Shown here: piece by piece, positions 58,490 to 64,000 of the stretch
Numbering within the stretch: position 1 is the stretch's first letter
Layout: each line of letters opens with the position of its first letter
Assembly (NCBI GenBank): GCA_965206595.1
Contig: OZ242214.1
Coordinates: 4,576,001-4,640,000 of the forward strand
From: Candidatus Latescibacterota bacterium
GTDB lineage: Bacteria > Latescibacterota > UBA2968 > UBA8231
Reading direction: 5' to 3'
Length of the DNA: 64,000 nt
Translations under genes and position numbers: made by a program
Notes under the pieces: generated by a model
Databases searched by the model: none
Told to the model about the DNA's origin: nothing
What the model saw: only the letters and a program-made list of their open reading frames with translations

Positions 58490-59683
58490 TCAGTGGGCGT
58501 GGCCTTCTCCGAAAGCGCCCTTCTCCAGCTGGGCTTTCAGAACGAAGGCGCCTCGAGAGACATACGGCTGTCCCAATTTCAGCCCCGAGAGGATCTCGGC
58601 ATGGGTGGGGTTGGCGCGGCCGACCTCAACGGGTTCGGGCGCAAATCCCTCGTCGGTCTCGACAAAGACGACGGGGTGATCTTCCAGCATCTGGATGGCC
58701 GACCTTGGCACCAGGAGCGGCACGTCTATTCCCTCTACATCGATGGTTGCGGTGACAAAGGAGCCTGGCCGCCAATTGCCGTCCCGGTTGGGGAGCACGA
58801 TCCGAACCGTAGCTGTCCGCAGCGTCTCGTTGATTATCGGGCTGATATAGTCCACCGTCCCCGTCGTCGAAGGGCGGCCCTGGCTGCCTTGGACATGGAC
58901 GGTCTGGCCGACGCGGAGGAACTGCAGGTCCTTCTGATATGCCGTCAACAGGACCCAGACCGAACGCAGGTCAGCCACGACGAAGGCCTCGGAATCCTCT
59001 TTCAGCACTTCCCCCTGGGTTATGTGCTTGTAGATGATGGTCCCGGTGAAGGGAGCCCTTATTTCGTAGCGGGTAAAGCGTTTGTCGTCCTCGAAGGAGA
59101 GCTTCTCCAGGTAGGCCGCAGAATAGCCGAGGGCCCTCAGCTTCTGTTCGGCCACTCGCAGGTCGATCCGCGTTTCCGCCAGCCGGGTTCTGGCTTCGAG
59201 GAAAACCCGCTCCGAAGAGATGGACTGGGTCCACAGGGTTTCTTCCCGGTCGAAGGTTGCCTGGGCAAGCTCGAGGCGCTCCTGGGCAACCAGGTAGGCC
59301 GACATCATCTCGGAAAGCTCCTGGCTTTCGAGAACGGCCAGGACCTCGTCCTGCTTCACCTGGTCGCCGATGTTGGCGTGGATCTCGATGGCCACTCCCG
59401 GTACTCGGGGCACGATGTGGGCCAGCAGATTCGGATTCACCTGCACCTCTCCGGGAGAATTCACCCGAACTGACAATTTGCCCGAAGCGGCTTTCGCGAC
59501 CTCGATACCGAATTCGGCCCGTTCTGCCGCGCTCAGCCGTACGCTCTCCCCGGAGTCATCGCGGTCCTCGGCAGCCCAGGCCGGCCGATTCCAGGGAGAA
59601 AGGGCGGCGCCCTCTCCAAGCGCGAAAAGACCTGCCAGCAAACCTGTGATTCCCAGGCTCGCCGTGTAGATACGCATTCTCAT
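58490..59683 (-). CDS. czcB: RND membrane-fusion subunit (CzcB-like)
   Basis: IVPRVPG, IRAPFTG, VADLRSVWV, WRPGSFV, C-terminal GHAH. Confidence 0.88.
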   Translation of the reverse strand: MRMRIYTASLGITGLLAGLFALGEGAALSPWNRPAWAAEDRDDSGESVRLSAAERAEFGIEVAKAASGKLSVRVNSPGEVQVNPNLLAHIVPRVPGVAIEIHANIGDQVKQDEVLAVLESQELSEMMSAYLVAQERLELAQATFDREETLWTQSISSERVFLEARTRLAETRIDLRVAEQKLRALGYSAAYLEKLSFEDDKRFTRYEIRAPFTGTIIYKHITQGEVLKEDSEAFVVADLRSVWVLLTAYQKDLQFLRVGQTVHVQGSQGRPSTTGTVDYISPIINETLRTATVRIVLPNRDGNWRPGSFVTATIDVEGIDVPLLVPRSAIQMLEDHPVVFVETDEGFAPEPVEVGRANPTHAEILSGLKLGQPYVSRGAFVLKAQLEKGAFGEGHAH

Positions 59684-59727
59684 TCTCCTCGGGGAGTTCT
59701 GCAGATCAGTAGCGCTGTGCAGCTGGT

Positions 59728-61017
59728 TCAGTTCTCCGCCGAGCCCGTGACGGACAGGGGACCGGCGATCGCACGTTCCAGGGCAGCCTCGGCAGCGCGG
59801 TACTCGAACAGGAACTGGGCGAATTCCACACGCGTCCCGATCCAGGTGCGCCGGGCATCCAAAAGCTCCAGGTAGGAGGATTTGCCTTCGGCGTAGCTGC
59901 GGCCGGCCACCTCGAAGGCCCGCTCTGCTTCGGGCAGGATAAGGTCCTGGAACAGGGCCACCTGCTCCCCCGCGGTAACGAGATGCAGATAAGCCCGTTT
60001 CGTTTCGAAAAGGACTTGGTAGCGCATCGCCTCCTGTTCGGCCTCGACCCGGGCCGCTTCAGCCTTGGCTTCGGCTCGTTCGCCGCGCTGCCGGGAAAAG
60101 GCCCACAGCGGCACTTCCATGGCGAAACGCAAACGCCAGGATTTCTCCTCGTGGCCTCCGTGACGCTGTTGGCGAGCCAGGCCCACAAGGAGATCCGGCA
60201 AGTAGGCGGCCGTTGCCGCTGCCTGCCGGATCTTCAGGGCTTGCAGTTGCAGCGCGATGCCGGACAGATCGGGGCGTTGCCGCAGGGCGGCTCCGGTCAA
60301 TCGGTCGAGGTCTGCCTCGAAGGGCTGAAAGAACAGACTGTCCGATATCGAAAGCCGGGTCTGCAGCGGCCGCCCCAGGAGTGCATTGAGCTCGGTCTTT
60401 GCCACGGTCAGGTCGTTTTTCGCCGCGGTCAAACGATTGGTTGCCCGTCCGACTTCGACCCTGGCCCGCATTACATCCAGCTGGGGCACATCCCCCGCTT
60501 CGAAACGGATAGTTGCCTGGCGCAGGATGTCCCGGGCCAGGTCGAGATCCTGGCGGGCATGCTGGAGAAGCGACTGTTGCAAGGCGATCCGGTCGTAAGC
60601 CCTCTTTGCCCGCATGCCCATGTCGAGTCTGGCCATCTCGAATAGGGCGAGACGGGCCGCTTCCCCCTGACGGCGGCCCGCCCGGAAGCGATGCCACCAC
60701 TTCAGGGGGAATTCAACCCGTTGGCTTACTCCGATCGTGTGCTCACCACGATCGTCCAAATCCACTTTTGGCAGCTCTTCGAACTCGAACTCGAACTCCG
60801 GGTCCGGGAGGGCTCCGTCCAGGCGCCCCCGGGCGCGGGCGCCCTCCCAAGCGTTGCGGGCGGCTTCCACTTCCGGGTTGCGTTCGACGACCATGCGCAC
60901 GGCATCGCTCCGCGACAGGACTTCGGCATGCAGGGTTCCCTGAGGAAACAGCCCTTCCGAGAGGAGAAGCACCAGGAACAGAGGAAGAAACCTGATCGGT
61001 GACTCAGCTGATATCAT
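59728..61017 (-). CDS. czcC: TolC-family outer-membrane channel (CzcC-like)
   Basis: ERNPEV, LPDPEF, RFEAGDVPQLD, QRPDL, YAEGKSSYLELLDA. Confidence 0.88.
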   Translation of the reverse strand: MISAESPIRFLPLFLVLLLSEGLFPQGTLHAEVLSRSDAVRMVVERNPEVEAARNAWEGARARGRLDGALPDPEFEFEFEELPKVDLDDRGEHTIGVSQRVEFPLKWWHRFRAGRRQGEAARLALFEMARLDMGMRAKRAYDRIALQQSLLQHARQDLDLARDILRQATIRFEAGDVPQLDVMRARVEVGRATNRLTAAKNDLTVAKTELNALLGRPLQTRLSISDSLFFQPFEADLDRLTGAALRQRPDLSGIALQLQALKIRQAAATAAYLPDLLVGLARQQRHGGHEEKSWRLRFAMEVPLWAFSRQRGERAEAKAEAARVEAEQEAMRYQVLFETKRAYLHLVTAGEQVALFQDLILPEAERAFEVAGRSYAEGKSSYLELLDARRTWIGTRVEFAQFLFEYRAAEAALERAIAGPLSVTGSAEN

Positions 61018-61111
61018 GGATGCTCCCAAAAACTAGCAGGGGCTTCTGGTCCCGGGTCGTCTTCCAGGCTTGGGGAACAAGGCAGGCCTGGAATGGCGAT
61101 CCCCTCCGCTG

Positions 61112-62521
61112 TCAGCGTTTTACGGGGGCCAGATGCGGGCTCTGGCCCCCGAACAGCTCGGCCGCTTCCATCAGGGTTTCCGAGAGAGTGGGATGCGGGT
61201 GAATGGAATGGCTCAGATCGCTGGCCAGGGCCGCCATCTCGACGGCGAGAACCCCCTCGGCGATCAGCTCCCCGGCGCCGGCGCCGGCCACCCCGACGCC
61301 TAGCACGCGGCCGCTGGGCTTGTCGAGGATCAGCTTGGTGAGACCGTCGTTGCGGTCCTGGGTGGTGGCGCGGCCCGAAGCTCCCCATGGGAAGCGGGTA
61401 ATTTCGACGTCGAGGCCATCCGCCTTGGCCTCCTCCTCGGTCACCCCGCACCAGGCGACTTCGGGATCGGTGTACACGATGTTGGGAATGGCGTTCGGCT
61501 CGAAGGCGACGCGGTGACCGGCAATGACCTCGGCGGCTACCGCCCCTTCATGGCTGGCGCTGTGCGCAAGCCCGGATCCGGTGACGTCGCCGATCGCGAA
61601 GATCGACGGCTCCCCGGTGCGGCGCTGGTGATCGGCCTCGATGCAGCCGCGGCCGTCGACCTTTACCCGGGTGTTCTCCAGCCCGAGGCCGCCCGAATTG
61701 GGGGTGCGTCCGACGGCGACCAGGAGCTTGTCGTAGCTCTCCTCGAATGGCTCCCCTTCCCGGCGCTGAAAGGCGACCCGCAGGGCATCTTCCTCCACCC
61801 GGACCGAGCTTACCGTCGTATCGACCAGGATGCGCTCGCACAGCTCCTCCAGGCGGTCGTGCAGCGGCTTGACGAGGTCGCGGTCCGCCGGGGGCACCAG
61901 CCCCGGCATCATTTCGACCACGGAGACCGCGGACCCCAGCGAAGCGTAAACCGAGCCAAGCTCCACTCCGATGGCCCCGCCGCCGACGACTAGCAGCCGC
62001 GATGGGATTTCCGGGAGCTCCAGGGCGCTGGTCGAGTCCATGACGCGGTCGCCGCCGATGTCGAAAACCGGGAGGGTCGAGGGGCGCGAACCGGTGGCGA
62101 CAATGGCGTTCTCGAACTGAAGCTGCAGGCCGTCTTCACCGTCGGCATCCACCGAAAGAGTCCGGCCATCGACGAAGTGGGCCCGGCCGCGGATGAAGTT
62201 CACCTTGCGCCCCCTGGCGAGCTGGCCGAGTCCGCCGGCCATCCTGGCGACGACGCGGTCCTTGAAAGCCTTGAGTCGCTTCAGGTCGATCTCCGGTTCG
62301 CCGAACTTTATCCCCCACGCCTCTGCCTCCCTGGCCTCGTTAAGCAGCTTGCAGACGTGCAGCAGGGCCTTGGACGGAATGCAGCCCCGGTAGAGGCAGA
62401 CGCCGCCCGGCTTGGGGTCCGGGTCGATCAGGGTGACGTCCAGTCCGAGGTCGGCGGCCTTGAAGGCGGCGACGTAGCCTCCGGGGCCGGCGCCGATGAC
62501 GGCGAGCTGCGTTTTCGTCAC
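61112..62521 (-). CDS. lpdA: Dihydrolipoyl dehydrogenase (E3)
   Basis: GAGPGGY, GGVCLYRGCIPSK, VGGGAIG, HPHPTLSE. Confidence 0.95.
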   Translation of the reverse strand: MTKTQLAVIGAGPGGYVAAFKAADLGLDVTLIDPDPKPGGVCLYRGCIPSKALLHVCKLLNEAREAEAWGIKFGEPEIDLKRLKAFKDRVVARMAGGLGQLARGRKVNFIRGRAHFVDGRTLSVDADGEDGLQLQFENAIVATGSRPSTLPVFDIGGDRVMDSTSALELPEIPSRLLVVGGGAIGVELGSVYASLGSAVSVVEMMPGLVPPADRDLVKPLHDRLEELCERILVDTTVSSVRVEEDALRVAFQRREGEPFEESYDKLLVAVGRTPNSGGLGLENTRVKVDGRGCIEADHQRRTGEPSIFAIGDVTGSGLAHSASHEGAVAAEVIAGHRVAFEPNAIPNIVYTDPEVAWCGVTEEEAKADGLDVEITRFPWGASGRATTQDRNDGLTKLILDKPSGRVLGVGVAGAGAGELIAEGVLAVEMAALASDLSHSIHPHPTLSETLMEAAELFGGQSPHLAPVKR

Positions 62522-62537
62522 GGCAGGGACCGGGTTC

Positions 62538-64000
62538 CTACCCACCGAGGGCGAGCAGAAACGGGTTCTCGAGAGCGTCGCAGAACCAGCGCAGAAAGCG
62601 GGCTCCGTCGGCGCCGTCGATCAGGCGGTGATCGTAGGACAGGGCCAGGGGCATCATCAGGCGCGGCGCGAATTCGCCGTCGACCAGCACCGGCTCCTGG
62701 GCGCTGCGGGCGATTCCCAGAATCGCCACCTCTGGGGCGTTGACGAGCGGGGTGAACGCGGTGCCGCCGATCCCCCCGAGGTTGCTGATCGTGAAGGTGC
62801 CGCCCTGCATCTCTTCGATGCCGAGCTTGCCGCTGCGCGCCCTTGAGGAGATCTCGGTCAGTTCGACGGACAGCTGCACGATGCTCTTGCGGTGGACGTC
62901 GCGCACGACGGGCACCAGCAGCCCGCGCCCGGTATCCACGGCGACGCCGATGTTGATGTATTTCTTGTAGATCACTTCCTCGCTGCCGACGTCGATGCTG
63001 GCGTTGAAGGCGGGAAACCTCGACAACGCCGCCGCCGCCACCTTCAGGGCGATCGCCGTCGGCGTCAGCTTGCCGCCAGCCGCCTCGACCCCCTTGCCGT
63101 ATTTCCTGCGCCAGGCCTCGAGGTCGGTGACGTCCGCCTTGTCGAACTGCGTGACGTGGGGGATGGTCCCCCAGGCGCTCGCCATGTGGCGGGCGGTGGC
63201 ACGGCGCACGTTGCTCATCGGCTTGCGCTCGACGTCCCCCCACTTCGAGAAGTCGGGGAGCGGAGCGACCTCGGCTTGGGTGCCCGCGGCCTCGGGGGTC
63301 GCGGAGCGCCGGCTGTTGAGGGCGCGCGCATGCGCCTTTACGTCTTCTGCGGAGATGCGGCCCCCTGGTCCCGTGCCCCGGACCTCGGCGATGTCGATCC
63401 CGATTTCCCGGGCCAGTCGGCGCACGGACGGGGCCGCGGGAACCAGCTTAGTGGGCGCCAGTGTATCGGTGCCGGCCGGCGCCGCGGGTGCCGGAGCAGG
63501 AACGGGGGCCGGCGGCGGCGGTTCCTTCCCGGCAGGGAGGGAGGGAGCCGCCGCGGCAGGCGCGGCTTCCGGGGCGGAAGTTCTGTTTTCGGCGGTGAGG
63601 ACCAACTGCCCGACCGCAGCCTTGTCCCCTTCGCTCACGTGGACTGCGGTGACCTTGCCGGCGAGGGGTGAAGGCATCTCCACGACACCCTTGTCGATCT
63701 CGATCTCCAGCACCGGATCGTCGATGGCGATGTCGCTGCCTGCCGAAACCAGCACGGCGACGATGTCCCCGCTCTCGATCCCCTCACCGAGCGCGGGCAG
63801 GGTTACCTCGACTAGGCGGGAAGCCGGAGCTTCTCCGCCAGCCGGGGCCGGTGGCTGTGCTGCCGGCGGCGCCGGAGATTCGGCCTTTCGCACCCCCGTT
63901 TCAGGCTCCTGCGCGCCGCCGCCGGATTGTCCTTCAACCGTCAGGATGACCTGGCCCACCGCCGCGGTATCCCCTTCGGACACCATGACCTCGGCAATGG
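62538..64000 (-). CDS. aceF: Dihydrolipoamide acyltransferase E2 (PDH-type, at least two lipoyl domains; 5' end outside the window)
   Basis: Lipoyl motif EIDKG, E3-binding PSVRRLARE...GTGPGGRI, FTISNLGG, SYDHRLIDGA. Confidence 0.88.
   Translation of the reverse strand, partial: IAEVMVSEGDTAAVGQVILTVEGQSGGGAQEPETGVRKAESPAPPAAQPPAPAGGEAPASRLVEVTLPALGEGIESGDIVAVLVSAGSDIAIDDPVLEIEIDKGVVEMPSPLAGKVTAVHVSEGDKAAVGQLVLTAENRTSAPEAAPAAAAPSLPAGKEPPPPAPVPAPAPAAPAGTDTLAPTKLVPAAPSVRRLAREIGIDIAEVRGTGPGGRISAEDVKAHARALNSRRSATPEAAGTQAEVAPLPDFSKWGDVERKPMSNVRRATARHMASAWGTIPHVTQFDKADVTDLEAWRRKYGKGVEAAGGKLTPTAIALKVAAAALSRFPAFNASIDVGSEEVIYKKYINIGVAVDTGRGLLVPVVRDVHRKSIVQLSVELTEISSRARSGKLGIEEMQGGTFTISNLGGIGGTAFTPLVNAPEVAILGIARSAQEPVLVDGEFAPRLMMPLALSYDHRLIDGADGARFLRWFCDALENPFLLALGG

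Noticed and set aside
1-64000. CRISPR arrays, tRNA or rRNA genes
   Set aside because: No regularly spaced repeats or recognisable structural RNA signatures seen by eye; a tRNAscan/Infernal run would be needed to exclude them formally

Overview
GC-rich bacterial chromosome segment. FlgD-tailed secreted proteins, a sulfatase and many orphan sugar-oxidoreductase genes suggest an FCB-superphylum or similar uncultured lineage (inference only). The backbone has trpE behind a complete Trp attenuator (promoter, WW leader peptide, protector, antiterminator, terminator), an ABC pair, a glycosylation cluster, sugar-acid catabolism genes with a tandem pair of uncharacterised paralogs, an MrfA-type helicase-exonuclease fusion, two secreted peptidases, cstA, moaB and pyruvate-dehydrogenase-type E2/E3. 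Four accessory blocks interrupt it. (1) A collapsed Zorya type I-like remnant, with truncated zorA joined directly to the 3' end of a frameshifted zorD. (2) A type II-like restriction-modification pair with an atypical nuclease motif. (3) An integrase-less 3-kb cassette (DUF5131 radical-SAM-like, HD dNTPase-like, YwgA/Panacea-like) bracketed by a ~245-bp duplication of the 3' end of an M20 peptidase gene; this is the best candidate for an undescribed defence or toxin-antitoxin system. (4) A metal-resistance cluster (czcCBA-like, permease, and a CDF pseudogene hit by IS630 next to an ISL3). No rRNA, tRNA or CRISPR array was recognised. All family calls come from motif recognition by eye, not database searches.
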